A DNA stretch of 63,000 nucleotides, the filler included, from Ministeria vibrans ATCC 50519 (taxonomy: Eukaryota > Protista > Filasterea), in assembly GCA_943704425.1 (NCBI GenBank). It is 4 parts of 4 records of this genome, joined end to end, with 100 filler letters (N's around TTAATTAATTAA, not from the genome) between each part and the next. Parts side by side here need not be neighbours in the genome. Positions count along the whole stretch, not along the records: positions 5,715 to 26,272 come from CALSCP010000837.1; 3 more parts are not named here. The stretch is one strand, 5' to 3'. Both the position numbers and the translations under genes were made by a program. This document shows, piece by piece, positions 11,427-25,909 of the stretch. Position 1 is the first letter of the stretch. Each line of letters opens with the position of its first letter. A model generated the notes under the pieces. That model made no database searches and had not been told where the DNA came from. It was given only the letters and a program-made list of their open reading frames with translations.

Positions 11427-14400
11427 TCACTCACTCCCTCCCTGAACCAAAGTGGAAATCAGCGACTCGCGACACTCCGTCATGTGTTTGTCGCACAGAA
11501 ACACTGTGCGACCGTCTCGCCAAGTGCATCGGTTGAGCCCCCACAGTTTCATCTTCTTGTCCTTGTCATCCAGCAAACGGAGCATCTCTTCAAACTCCAC
11601 GTCGCTCGCTGTCTCCGATCCCACTGTTTCCATCGATTTGATGTCCACGCGAGACGCAGTTGAGTTCCTCAATTGGTCCGCAGGCTCGCAAAGTGCTAGA
11701 TGAAAACAAATAAAACAATATTATTAATGTTTCGCAATCAATGGTGTTTCATGTCCTTCTTACGACCGCAATATTCCTTGTCGTCAACAACAAGTGCTGC
11801 CAAGGCGTCACATAGAATGTTGGAGGCAGACTTTGCGGTTTCCCCAAGCGTAAAGCTCGCCACCCCGCCCGTCAGTGACTTCGCTGCGGCGGCCGCACTC
11901 GCACCCGCAATGGGCTTGGCCCACTTGAGCACGGTGGAAACGACGCTGAGTGTCTTGCGCAACATAGGCTTGTTAAAGCGCACCTTGTACTCGCGCACAC
12001 AGTGCACATGACCCTCAAACTCACAGCACACATGGAGGTAATGGTCGTGCGCAAGTGCCTTTTTTACAAGCTGCAACACTCGATTCGTCGCGTCCACTCG
12101 GTCTGCACCATCGCACTTGCTCGTTTTGGCGGTGAGGAACATCACACGCGGGGTTGGTGACTTTCCACGCAGGAGAAGACGAAGTGATGCCAGTGACTGG
12201 TCCTGGAGACACCTCATCGTCAAGCCAACCTGCGCTTGCAAGGCTTCAATACGTGCCGTCGATGCCTTGATCTCCAACACATCAGACGCCACGCCGTCTA
12301 GTTTAAGTGCAAAAAACATAGCTTTCGTTGCGGCCGTCACCTTGGCGACCATCTGATCCTGCATCTTCAAGTGCAACTCCCCCTCATCCACGCTCTGGCC
12401 AGGTTCATACTCGACATTCCCACCAGTGACAAGCTTGCTCAAATTGATATCGTCGTCGCACACGGGACATTCTTTGACGCGCTTTCCATTACTCAACGAC
12501 GTGCGGACGGATTTCAGACTGAAAAAGCCACAGTACGTGATGGGCTCGTCTGCGGTGCAGGGACACTTGATGCAATGGACAAAGGCTGAGTGCGTGAGGC
12601 CTTTGAAACGGTTCAGGAGCAAGTTTTCCAAAGTTTGCAGCACATCATTGCCGAGCAGCCACGGGCTGCGTCCTCGCACGTCAATGTACACATAAGAAGA
12701 CCGTGTGTACACAAGCGCATGTGTGTCACTCGAGCGATGGTGCACCAGAATGCCAGTGTGATAGAGAAGCCGAACAGCATCTCGGTTGTCCGTCGAGCAC
12801 ACCCCTCGCAATCGCACCGTCAAGAGTGAGAAGAGACCCTCGGGAAGGAACGACAGCTGAACCCGATACACACGCTGCGCGTCGATGGCACGGTCGATAG
12901 GTTTCCGCAAGGCCAAAACAAACCCCTCAGGTTGATGTGAAGGCAAGAGAGCCGGCACCAGCCAGCGCTGTTTGGCCTCTCCATCGTCGGTGTGCTCCTC
13001 AAAGACATGTAGCATAATTTCGTACTCCTGCAGCAATGCAATCACGTCGGACTGGTCGACGTGAGACAGCGTCTTCCAATCAGGCAGAGTACGCAGCGCT
13101 TCCTCACGCACAACACCGTGGTCAGCGTCCAGATGAGAACGTGCGCCCGGGTCTACTGTCACCACCTCGGCAAACCGATCGTGCAGCCATTGTGGGTTGA
13201 TGATGATGAATTCGCGTTCGTCTCGCCGGTAACGCACAATAACTCCCCACATGTGAAGGGTCCCGATCATTTGTGAGAGAAGCGCGGGCTCCACTCCACA
13301 TTTTTGTGCAAGATCGTCCAGTTCATTGACGGGCACAGGACTCTTCTGGCGGTACTCGTCTCTCATTTTTTCGATCTTGTCGGCGACCTCCAGCCACTGG
13401 GGCGGATATCGCGCTTCAAAGAGTGGCAATGACTGCAGCTCATGTAGAAGGAGCTGCTGTAGTTTGTCAATATTCTCGCCCGTTCGGCTACTCACCCACA
13501 GCTGTGACGGGTTAAGTTGCAGTGTTGTGAGACTCTCTGGAAGGCCAGGCGTGTTAAGATGCACTCGGCTCAGAGGCTCGCCCGCAACCTCGTCGCAACG
13601 AGTGGCCACCACGACAACACGAGCTTGAGGCACGCGCACAGCAAGCTGAGTCATCCATCGGAGGGCGTCATCTTGATTGCGCTCGCGACCACACCACACC
13701 ACGACGTTGAGAGCGCGGTCAGTCATGAAGAACTGATGGGAGTTGAGGTACATTTCCTGACCACCAAAGTCCCACACACTGATAATGGGTGTCTCGCCCG
13801 CAGCAGTCACCGTGTTGGATGGCGACTCCAGATGCCAGAGCACAACGTTGATGCCGTTGGTCATCGGCGACTCCACAAAACCATTGGTGCACAGACGATG
13901 GATGAGTGTTGTCTTGCCGACACCGCCAATGCCCATGAGCATTAGTTTGGCTCGACGAGCAGGGCGGGCAGTGTCGACATTTGTGAGACGCAAAAATTGC
14001 GCAATGTCCTGTGGTGAAAGGCACGCCACCTCGGGTGGTGGATAGATGAGGTCATCGTTGCCGTCAAGAGAGCAATACGAGAGAGACCGAGAGCCATTGA
14101 GCGATGGAAGCGCTGTGAGATGGTTGTTATTAAAGGCAACTCTGTTGAGCGCTGTGAGTCGTCCGAATGACTCAGGGAGGGTGGTGAGTTGATTGTAGNN
14201 NNNNNNNNNNNNNNNNNNNNNNNNNNNNNNNNNNNNNNNNNNNNNNNNNNNNNNNNNNNNNNNNNNNNNNNNNNNNNNNNNNNNNNNNNNNNNNNNNNNN
14301 NNNNNNNNNNNNNNNNNNNNNNNNNNNNNNNNNNNNNNNNNNNNNNNNNNNNNNNNNNNNNNNNNNNNNNNNNNNNNNNNNNNNNNNNNNNNNNNNNNNN

Positions 14401-14947
14401 NNNNNNNNNNNNNNNNNNNNNNNNNNNNNNNNNNNNNNNNNNNNNNNNNNNNNNNNNNNNNNNNNNNNNNNNNNNNNNNNNNNNNNNNNNNNNNNNNNNN
14501 NNNNNNNNNNNNNNNNNNNNNNNNNNNNNNNNNNNNNNNNNNNNNNNNNNNNNNNNNNNNNNNNNNNNNNNNNNNNNNNNNNNNNNNNNNNNNNNNNNNN
14601 NNNNNNNNNNNNNNNNNNNNNNNNNNNNNNNNNNNNNNNNNNNNNNNNNNNNNNNNNNNNNNNNNNNNNNNNNNNNNNNNTCGCTGAGGTTGAGTGTTGT
14701 GAGTGCCGTCAGTTGTCCGAATGACTCAGGGAGGGTGGTGAGTTGATTCTCCGAAACATCAAGCCAGACCAGAGTCGTCAATAAGCAGACGTCGTTCGGG
14801 AAGATTGTCAATTGTCGCGCGGACAGGTCCAAACGACGAAGTGTGTCCTCGTCACGTCCACTCCGAACATCTGCCAGGGAATATTCCAAAGAATGTGAGA
14901 TATATGAAGAGTATCGTGCCCATCGGGGACGCACCTTCGCATTCCAT
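11427..14947 (-). CDS. Roco protein: LRR-Roc GTPase-COR with CxxC pairs and a TORNADO1-like C-terminal domain; the LRR region is interrupted by an N gap
   Basis: LRRs: LRRLDLSARQLT and LVWLDVSENQLTTLPESFGQLTALTTLNL. Roc: GIGGVGKT, WDFGGQ, ATRCD. COR: INPQWL, WLVPALLP. Tail: LHVCCEF...WGLNRC...VFLCDKHM. ATG 14947 is followed by a short intron. Gap at 14199-14680. Confidence 0.88.
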
Positions 14948-15279
14948 CGTGGCTATGGTGCAGGAGAGACGAGAGAGAAGAAAAGTTGCAAACGCTAAAC
15001 ACTCTCACAGGAAATGAGAAGGGAAAAGGGAATTGAAGTGTAAAGAGGTGCTAGTGCAGTAAATACACGGGGTGAGGAGGGGGTTCAGCAGAAATTACTG
15101 AATACTGAATAGTGAAGAGCGAAGTGATGAAAATGATAATTATTTATGTTCATAATTAATTTCAGAGTATCAGAAACAAATCTCAAGTTTATTCTCAACT
15201 TACAATACTCATAATTATATACCTCCCAACGCCTTCCCCACGGCTTCTCCGCGTCTTATCCCCGCTACAACGAGTTAAC

Positions 15280-16928
15280 ATGAGCGACGCGGCACCCACG
15301 GGGGTGGAGGGCGCTGGCGGTAGCGACGGAGGCGTCGACGGGGCCAGCAAGACGACAGACGCACAACAAACTCCGTCGCACGGCAACGGCGGCGCTACTA
15401 GCGACGACGACGACGACGACGATGACAGCTGGCGCGAGGCACAGACGCCGACGGGCGAGCGGTACTGGTTCAATGCGAGGACGCGCCGCTCTGTGTGGAC
15501 CAAACCCGGCGGGCGTCGCCCTGGCAACGGTGCGGCCGGCGACAAAGTGCCTCTGTCACTGTCGATCCTCGAGGAGGAGACAAACCATCGGATTGAGGAC
15601 ATCCCGCAACTGTTGCTTGATCTGCGCGACGGCGCAACCGCAAAGACAAAGATTGACGCCTGCATTGCTCTTGGCCGCCTCGTCCTGCGCAGCTTCTGCG
15701 CCAAGGTTTCCGTCAGCCAACTTGACGGCGTTGCCGTGATCATTTGGTTGGTATGCGAAGTCATTTTGATTCTTTTTCGCTTTTTTTTCTTGTTTGAAAT
15801 AATATTTTGTGGCAATGCTTTCTGACGTGTCTCGCTGTGTCTTTGCGTTTGGTTCAGGCACGCTATGGCGCTGCTGAAACAAAAGAGTCGGCTGTCATGA
15901 CTATTGGCGCCCTTGCTGCCATTCCCAATCCGTACGAGTGAATATGATAATATTATCAGGAAAGTGTGTGCTCTATTTTTACCATTGTTTTTTTCTTGAC
16001 ATTGATGTAAAGTGACTTGGTGTCTGCGCGAGACGCACAGAAGGAGAGCGAGGCACGCCAGGAGTACAACGACGAGGAGTTGTGTAGCCAGGGTGCCAAT
16101 GAGGTGACGGTGATCCTTGCAAAGTCGTCTGAGGCGTCGGATGCCGGACTCGAGAAGGTGAACCGATTTTGAGACACAAACTATTTCGCATCATTGATTG
16201 ACGTCGCAAACTCACACACACACTCTCTCACACACACGCGCGTGCACACGTCCTCTATAATAGGCTGCTATTGCGGTGAGTCAATTGGCTGATACGGCAG
16301 CCAACATTGAGGCGCTGGGGCGGGCTGGTGCTGTGGCAGCCATGGTGGACTTGACGCGACATCAGAAGCGCGGCGTCGTCGACGCTGCGGTGCTCGCTCT
16401 GGCTAAGCTGTCGTCACGACGCGACACACATGCTCAGCTCACTGCCTGTGGTGGTGTAACACCCGTAGTGAACGTGTTGCGCACAGGAAGTTCGGCAGCG
16501 AAGCGCAGCGCAGGACGAGTCCTCATCGCACTCAGTGTGAGTCCCATAGAGTCGTCCAAGTCGGCACTTGTTCAAGGTAGATGCTTACGAGTTTTATTTT
16601 ATCATAACTTGTCGCTGTGTCCTTTCTCTGTCTGTCTCTTATTTTGAATGGAGAATTGTGGATTTATGTGCGTGTTAATTACGGTGACGTAGGAATCAGA
16701 CCATTGTTAGCGGTGATGAAAATGGGGGTGGCGGACACCCAAGCGTCAGTCGCAGAGGTACACACGGCATAGTAGGAGAACAAGACCACGACGTGATGGC
16801 TTGGTACATTAACGGTTCTTTTTTTGCGTGTGCTGTAGATTTTGTGGAATCTGACTATGGAGGACAAACACGACCGACAACTCATCTCAGTACGAATGAC
16901 AAATTATACCATGGCGTTCATATGAAAC

Positions 16929-16964
<36 letters not shown>

Positions 16965-18361
16965 AGGCAAAAGCAGAGGTGTACTTGCTGCAGGTACTGC
17001 GCGAAGGCCCCGCAGCAGCCGCAGCGAGAGCCGCAGGTAACGCATTAAAGTCTCGTGCCTTCAACTTGAATCAGATTTTATTTTGTTGTAAATATTAGGG
17101 GCGATTGCGAACTTGTCGATCTCGGTGGCCAACTACAGTGCGCTAATGCGGGGAGATGCAGTGACTGCGCTAGTGGTGGGTATGCAGCGGATGCGCATTG
17201 CGCGGGGCGTCGAAGAATGTCTGGCAGCCCTCAGCAATATCATCACCAACAGTGCAGAGAAGGTAGACACGTTCTCATCGACTTTTATAATCTAGCTGTA
17301 CATGTACATGCGCTTCCTAGTTTCTTACTTGTGCTTGCGGTTGTTTTATAATTAGGCAAACGAAGTGACCAAGAGGCTGCTGGACCTGAAGGGAATGGGC
17401 ACACTGATGACACTGATTGAGAAGGGCACTCCGTGTGCTCGCGACCGAGCGACGTCTATTGTGGCCAGTCTGAGCTACGGCGGAGCGACGCAGCAGCAAG
17501 CAATGCTCAAGGCAGGCACCGTTGAGGTATGCAAGACGCAGTGTGTGTGTTTGATCATGAGAAAGTGACGCGCGTGTGTGCGCGCGTGTGTAGACACTGG
17601 TGGGAATTCTTTTGGATGCACGTGCGAGTCAGCATGCGCGGGACATTGCCGTGTGTGGGTTGGCAAACCATGCGCGGGATGTGGTGAGCAAGGCCCGCAT
17701 GCTTGAGCTAGGGGCTGTCAGGGGACTCATTGCTCTCATTCGCGCCTACTTGACTGGGTTTGCATTACGCGATGAGACGGTAAGTACAAGTGCGCGTGTA
17801 CACGCGTGTGCCAGGGTTTAATTTGTAACATTTCATGGGCACGGAACATTAATAGTTGTACGTTAACCCATCAACTTAACATTTATTCATCTGTAGGACG
17901 GTGCGTCGTCGTCGGGCATCTCATCGACCAATGGCACGGAGAGCGACGGAGGAGGACAGTCGCAGATTGCGCTGGGAACTATGGCTGTGGCCGACCGTGC
18001 GTGTGCGACACTTGGTGCACTCGCCCTCAATAACGACGACGCGGCAAAATCCATCAAAGACGAGGGTACACCAAACACTCACATATATTTATTATAAATA
18101 TGTGCGTGTTTTTTTAAGGAGGTGTGGATGCTTTGGTGGGGCTGATTGAGCAAGGGAGTCTCGCGCAAAAAGAGAGAGCCGTTCAAGTGCTCACTATTCT
18201 CAAGGTTATATAATTATACTATTCTCCTCTTTCTTTCTGTCTCAAAGTCATGGTCTTTTTTCGTTGTGTAGGAGCCGCTGGATCCGGAGCTCAAGCGCAT
18301 CCTGAAAGAAGCAAGGAGTGCTGGGCGCAAAAAGGGGCTCTTCGGGCGAAAGAAACGCTGA
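15280..18361 (+). CDS. WW domain plus armadillo-repeat protein (multi-exon)
   Basis: WW motif WREAQTPTGERYWFNARTRRSVWTKP. Later exons encode ARM-like repeats (AGAVAAMVDL, GGVTPVVNVL, GDAVTALV, GAVRGLIALI). Stop TGA at 18359-18361. Confidence 0.75.
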
Positions 18362-18530
18362 CTGAAACGAACATATTATAATTGTATACGAAACTATAAA
18401 CCATTTCTCATCGTTTATTATACACAAATCCCGTATAATTATTCAAACGTAGACTGAAACGAACATGTCGAATTTTTGTATACGAAACTAATTCCTCACC
18501 AACTGTACACTTACATACACTTACACTCCC

Positions 18531-19301
18531 TTACTTTCTTCTAGATCGTTTTCTGCCGCTCTGCCTCTCTTGGTCGTCGCCCGGTTCGGGTTGGGCGCGA
18601 AAGCATCCTTTGTGGTGGTCATTGACAATTCCCACCGTTTGAAGGTACGCGTAGACTGTGACTGGTCCGAGGAAGGCAAACTTGCGTGTCTTCATTGCCG
18701 CAGCAAGTGCATCGCTCTGGGAACATCGCGTGCGGGGTGACGACGACTCGGCGAGCGTGTGGCGTGGAGGAATAGGCTCGGGACCCAAGTGCGTGTCGAT
18801 AAACTACATCTTGGAGGGTCAGACTTGTATCTTTCTCGCTCCTTTCTCTCTCCCCATTACCTTCTGGAAGGAGCCAAACTCGTCTGTGATGGAAAGGAAG
18901 ATCTTTGCATTGTTTCGAATGGCCAGCAGCTTCCCGCGGTGCTTGAGAACGTCTTCGGTGGACGCAACGAGTGCGTCAATGTGGGAGTCAGCCAGCGCCG
19001 CACACTTGGTCGGCTCTAGCGTCGACATGGAGCGCCGATACGCCTCGCGCTTGTTCAGTATGGTGCGCCAGCTAAGTCCCGCCTGCTGGCTGCACAGGCA
19101 GAGGGCTTCAAAGAGCCGCGTTTCGTCAGCGCCGGCCACTCCGAATTCGTCGTGGTGGTATTGTCGCGCAATCGCATTGGTCGAACTCACTGCCCAGCGG
19201 CACGTCATCCGCCCATGCGCCTCGTCCAAGCACACAGGAGACTCAACGTCAGCTGCCCTGGCGCCAGGACCCTCGCCTGCGTGCGGTCGTTTGCGACTCA
19301 T
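18531..19301 (-). CDS. tag: DNA-3-methyladenine glycosylase I (Tag family), 2 exons
   Basis: Motifs CRW...YHHDEFG...LFEALCL-x3-QAGLSWRTILNKREAYR and FAFLGPVTVYAYLQTVGIVNDH...C. One GT-AG intron at about 18860-18804. Confidence 0.88.
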
Positions 19302-19505
19302 CAATCAACAATATAACTCTAGTCTCTAATCACAAGAGGTGATTTATTGCAATAAATAGACACACACTGTTGCACTACACACACTGATCGGCATTAAACC
19401 GATTGTACACGTATGGCGCTGCACCAACAGCACCTTGAGGATGACTTGTTTCTTATCATTGAATTGCAATCATCAATCATCAAAATAATTCATTTTTTTA
19501 CTCTC

Positions 19506-22308
19506 ATGTCTCTTTTCTCGTGGGGCTCAAGTCGCCACGGCGCCACTGGCGCCACGGACCGTATCAACCGAGAGATTCCTCGTGCCATCGACAGCGATGC
19601 ACTGCGTGGTCGACATTTGGTTCAGGTGATCTGAGTTCACACTCGTTTGGTCGATGAACGTAAACAAACCGCAAACGCACTGCAGGTGGCCTGCGGCGAG
19701 CGCCACACGTGCTGTCTGGATCACTTGGGCAACGTGATCTGCTTTGGGCGCAACCGCGAAGGGCAGTGCGGCGTTCCCGAGGCAGGCGATGCGGCGTATG
19801 TGCCGGTGCTGGTGTCGGCTCTGGCGCATGTTCGCATTGTGCGTGTGTCCTGCTCTGGGTCGCACACCCTTGCAGTGGCCGGTACGGATGAACACAGGGG
19901 GTGGTGTGTGTGTGTGTGTGTGTTGTGGGAATGGCGGGCGAAGAGAGACGCTGACTCATGTGTGATGACTATTGATGAGACATCACAACTCATCAAAAAA
20001 TATAACGAGTCACACTCTATCTCTCTCTGTCTGTCTCTCTCACTGCGACGGTGTAGACACGGGCCGCCTCTTCCAGTGGGGCATCTCGCACCAGCGGGTC
20101 CACGACAGCACGCCTGCCTACTTCGGCATCAACCCCAATCAGGAGGAGCGGTCGGCCGAGGTGAGACTGTGCACCAACCGCGTCGCACCTCTCTAACCGC
20201 TTTCTCTCGCATGCATCAACATAGCTCATGCGTATGGTGGATGCAAGCCACTTTAAGTACTATGCAAATGCGACGGATCGCGTCGAGGCCGTCGACAATG
20301 GTCTGGCACACGCACAGGCAGCCAATGTTGTCGGTGCGTTCACCCGCCAACTTCTGCGCACTCCGACGCCCGTTGAGTTTGCTGTGCGCGGCGAAGAGCC
20401 CAAGATTGTTGATGCGGCTGCTGGCTACTCTTTTAGCCTTGCAGTTGACTCACAAGGGTAAAGGAACGAAAAGTGCAGACTTGACCTTGAGGAATTCATG
20501 TGATTTATTTAGACGACTGTGGAGCTGGGGCTTCAATGACAAGGGCCAACTGGGAAATGGGACTCGGTTCATGGACAATGTGCCAGTGCCTGTGACGTCC
20601 GACGTGCGCTTTTCACATGTTGCGTGTGGGAACCAGATGAGCGCAGCACTCTCAGAGGGCGGACAGGTCAGTGCGCCACTCACTTGTGGCGCATCGTACT
20701 AATGCGGTTTGGATTGTTCAGGTGTACACATGGGGCTGTGGCGTCTTTGGGTTGGGCCATGGGTAAGAAGAAGCAACTCGTACAAATCGATGTGTAAAGA
20801 GTACCGTTGCTGTAGTGATGGGCACGACCAGCTGCGCCCCTTGCGAGTGCGTGCGCTGGGCGCGACAGTCGTTGTGGGGCTGTCTGCGGGCGCGCACCAC
20901 ATTGCGTGTGTGGCCATGGACGGTACTGTGTTTGTCTTTGGGCATGGTGAATATGGTCAGGTACGTTGTGTCATAAGATCACAAAAGTATCACAATATTA
21001 TGAGTCCTTCTGTATAATATTATAATAATAATAATTATTATTTTTATATATTTCTTAGTTGGCGACGGGTGATCTTGATGGAGAGGGTGGAGGTGCGCGG
21101 GGAGGATACAACAAACTTTTACCAATGCAACTGGACCTTACTCACGCAGGTTTATATTAGTTTATTTATTATCATTAATGATATTATTAATTTCATTTTT
21201 GTATTAATTTTTAGTGCGGCAAATCTCGTGTGGGCATCTGCACACTCTAGCACTGACCGACTCGGGTGAAGTGTACTCGTTTGGATGGGGTAGTGCGGGT
21301 GCATTGGGTGTCGGGGATCGCAAGCACAGGGTCAGACCCACTCTCATAGAGTCTTTGCAGGTAAGAGTACACAAAGGTATTTCGACGAATTTGCGACATG
21401 ATTGTGTTTCTTTTTCCTTCGGTATGTAGGGAGAGCGTGTGACGATGATTGGAGCGGGAGCACAGCACTCAGTTGCACTTGTGGACGATGGGAATGCGTC
21501 GTTTGCGTTCGATTTTGCTGCGCTCTTTGGGAAAGCAAAAGCGATTGCAAACGAAACGGTCGTTTTTGTGGTTGGTACTAATAAGAATAATAATAATAAT
21601 AATAATAATAATTATTATTACTATAAGCGAAAAAATAGAATAATAATAATATTATTATAATTCTTGTTATTATTAATACTCTGATTTAGAGGGAAAGGAC
21701 ATTCGGGTTCATCGGAGTATAGTGCGAGCGAGAAGTGCAGTGCTTTCGGCAATGGTTGCATTTACAGAGCGATTCAGTCGCAACAATCCTGCTGAGGAAA
21801 CGCGAATTCCAATTAGCCGTAAAACAGCACGTTTTGTCGTACGAGACCCAAAAACAACACATACAAACACACAAAAAAAGAATGTAATAACAATTTCTTT
21901 TTTTTGTTTGTCAATTATTCGGGTGGTAGGTGTTTATGGGACTGTGTTCGTATCTGTATTCGGACCGAGTGCGACTTGCAGCGTTTTTTGCGCGGGAATT
22001 GGCGGAACTGGCGCACAATTGGCGGATGGACCGACTCGAGGCACTCGCGCGAAAGGCAGCACAATTGGTACAGAGACGAAAAACAACAAATGACTCTGAG
22101 CTTTGTAACGCATTAGAATGGCGGAAACGGGCATGACATGACACTATCAACATTCTCCCGTGATCTCAGTGTGCTTCTCGAGTGTGGATGGCACTCCGAC
22201 TCAGACATTGTCATTGACAACCAGTGCTACAGCGCACACTCCTACATTGTACAATTCATTGTGCTTCCTTGCAATTACTCCACTAATACTGTGATTATAT
22301 ATTATTAT

Positions 22309-22347
<39 letters not shown>

Positions 22348-22874
22348 GCAGCTTGCGGTGCGCTGTCCGTACTTCCGAACGCTGCTGCACGGCCCACTCC
22401 AGCCGGTGCCGTCGCCCGAAACCGGTCGCTATGTGTTTTCCCTCGACAATGCACCCTTTCCCGCACACTGTCTTCCGCTTGTTCTTGCCTACGTCTACGC
22501 GAACACTTTTGATCCGCCTTCCGATCAGGTAAGTATAATATTTTTTATTCAACATGCTAATTAATTATTCGTGTTGTATAGGTTTGTGACTTGTTGGCCG
22601 CTGCGGATTTTTTCCTTATTTCCGAGTTGAAGCAGCTGTGTGAGGCAGAACTGGTTGCAGCACTCGACGCAGACAATATGCTTACGCTGAAGGAATATGC
22701 AGAGTACGAAATCATAATCTAAGTTATCAATGATTGTTATATAATAATAGTTTTGACAAAAATAATTATAACGTTTGTGTTTTGTTTTTGTTTTGAAGGT
22801 ACTACAACGCAAATCGCCTGTGTGCTCGGATCAACGAACTGATGGCGCGAGGAAACAACAGCTCGTTTGCTTGA
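19506..22874 (+). CDS. RCC1-repeat plus BTB-domain protein (RCBTB-like, multi-exon)
   Basis: Repeated RCC1 motifs (QVACGERHT, FGRNREGQCG, WGFNDKGQLG, SAGAHHIACV, ISCGHLHTLAL, GAGAQHSVAL). BTB-like segments follow (SDSDIVIDNQCYSAHSYI, LAVRCPYFRTLL, LKQLCEAEL). Confidence 0.82.
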
Positions 22875-23390
22875 ACTTCTTATAGAATAATAATAATACA
22901 AACACAACACAACATACGATTCATTGCATGACGTATCGCAACCGAATGAAACCCTCTGCAAGCAATTATATTTGTCACTGAGTACAGCTCTCGATTCTCA
23001 ATTTATTTTCTATTAATTAGTGTTTCCGTCCACTGTACATACGACACTAGCCTCGGATAGAGAATATATAAGGGTGTTTTGTGTTTACGTATTGTACAGG
23101 TCAATTCTGAGTAATACGGGGTTGTATTCTTCTCTTCGACATAATAAATTATATGAATGATTGTTATTCTTCTTCTTTTTCTTCCTCTTCTTAAATGATT
23201 CTTCGTAATGTGGGTCGAATAACATGCGGGATTCTCTTATAACTGTCTAATCTAAAGGTCGCTTGCTACGTACAGTCAATCTTAACATTCTTAAGCATTT
23301 GCGCTGATAACTTGCTTCTCTTTTTTATTAATGCGAAAATTCAAATAAATATTTTCATATTTTTCTCACTCTTTCTCACTTTATTCAACC

Positions 23391-24656
<1,266 letters not shown>

Positions 24657-24682
24657 ACAAAAACCCATCGCAACTAATAAAA

Positions 24683-24912
<230 letters not shown>

Positions 24913-24976
24913 AATCACCAAGGAGAAGGACTGGCGCCTTAATAAACACAATATAATATAAAAATATAATGGTGGT

Positions 24977-25909
24977 TTAACGGTTGCTAAAGAAGAGGGG
25001 AAGAGATACAGTGACGGTGCGAGCGGGGGTGAAGCGGGCAAGGACGCTCTTCATGAAGAGCCAGTGAGAGTGCGGTAGGTTGGAGGGGTCGCGCGCAGCG
25101 GTGAAGGAAAGCTGGGCAAAGACGTCGCGCGCCAGAACACACGCACCAAGGTCAAAGTGCGCTTCGCTATATTGGAGGGGAATAAGGGCCGTGCGGTGCG
25201 TGGTCGCGCTGCCGTCGAGGAGAGGCTGGCCCGCCTGACCCACAAAGTCGGTGCCCGACACGACAAAGGCATTGGGGTTGCGCAGGTAGGCTTGTTGCTT
25301 GGCGAGGAAGGCAGGGAAGTAGTAGTCGTTGCTGTCGGTGACGAGAAAATGTGTGCAGTGAGCTGGATCGTCCTTGACGAGGGTCGTCATGCGCGCAAGG
25401 AAGCGTTCCGTCGCGTCGCTCATGTCCTTGTCGGCCGGCAGGCGCGTGTCGCGCGCCACATGGATACGCTGGTCCCTCAACTGGGCAATGGTGTCGTAGA
25501 GCAACGATCGGCGGGCGGCCGTGCGGCTCTGATCCGCCTCGATGTCGACAAGGAAGACGTCAAGGGAGCGCAGTTCCTGTGCCAGTAACGATTGCAGGAC
25601 GGTCGTCAGTGCTTTGCTCTTGGCGTCCCGTTCGCTCGTCCGCACGCACACACACACGTGGGGCGCGCCGCTGGTGGCAAAGGCGTCGTCGGAAAGGGCG
25701 GTGAAGGACTCAGACGAGGGTGGCGGCGGAGAGACAGATGCGGCGCACGGTTCGCATATGCGGCATTCGCTCTCACGCCGTTCCAGCTGCTCACGCGCGG
25801 GTCTCAGGGCCGCCGACGTGTCGTTGGGCAGGGTGAGGCCCAGCGGCGTGGCGGCGTGGAGCGAGAGGCACAACAGCAGCAGCAGCAGCACAAAGGTCGG
25901 TAGTTTCAT
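24977..25909 (-). CDS. Secreted or Golgi GT-A fold glycosyltransferase-like protein, single exon
   Basis: N-terminal hydrophobic signal/anchor MKLPTFVLLLLLLCLSL, then VCVCVRT...LQSLLAQ...VFLVD, a DxD-like HFLVTDSNDYY and FDLGACV. Confidence 0.55.
   Translation of the reverse strand: MKLPTFVLLLLLLCLSLHAATPLGLTLPNDTSAALRPAREQLERRESECRICEPCAASVSPPPPSSESFTALSDDAFATSGAPHVCVCVRTSERDAKSKALTTVLQSLLAQELRSLDVFLVDIEADQSRTAARRSLLYDTIAQLRDQRIHVARDTRLPADKDMSDATERFLARMTTLVKDDPAHCTHFLVTDSNDYYFPAFLAKQQAYLRNPNAFVVSGTDFVGQAGQPLLDGSATTHRTALIPLQYSEAHFDLGACVLARDVFAQLSFTAARDPSNLPHSHWLFMKSVLARFTPARTVTVSLPLFFSNR

Noticed and set aside
13942-14934. Apparent frameshift between the LRR and Roc parts of the Roco gene
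   Set aside because: The frame change lies across a 482-nt N gap of estimated length, so it is not evidence of a pseudogene.
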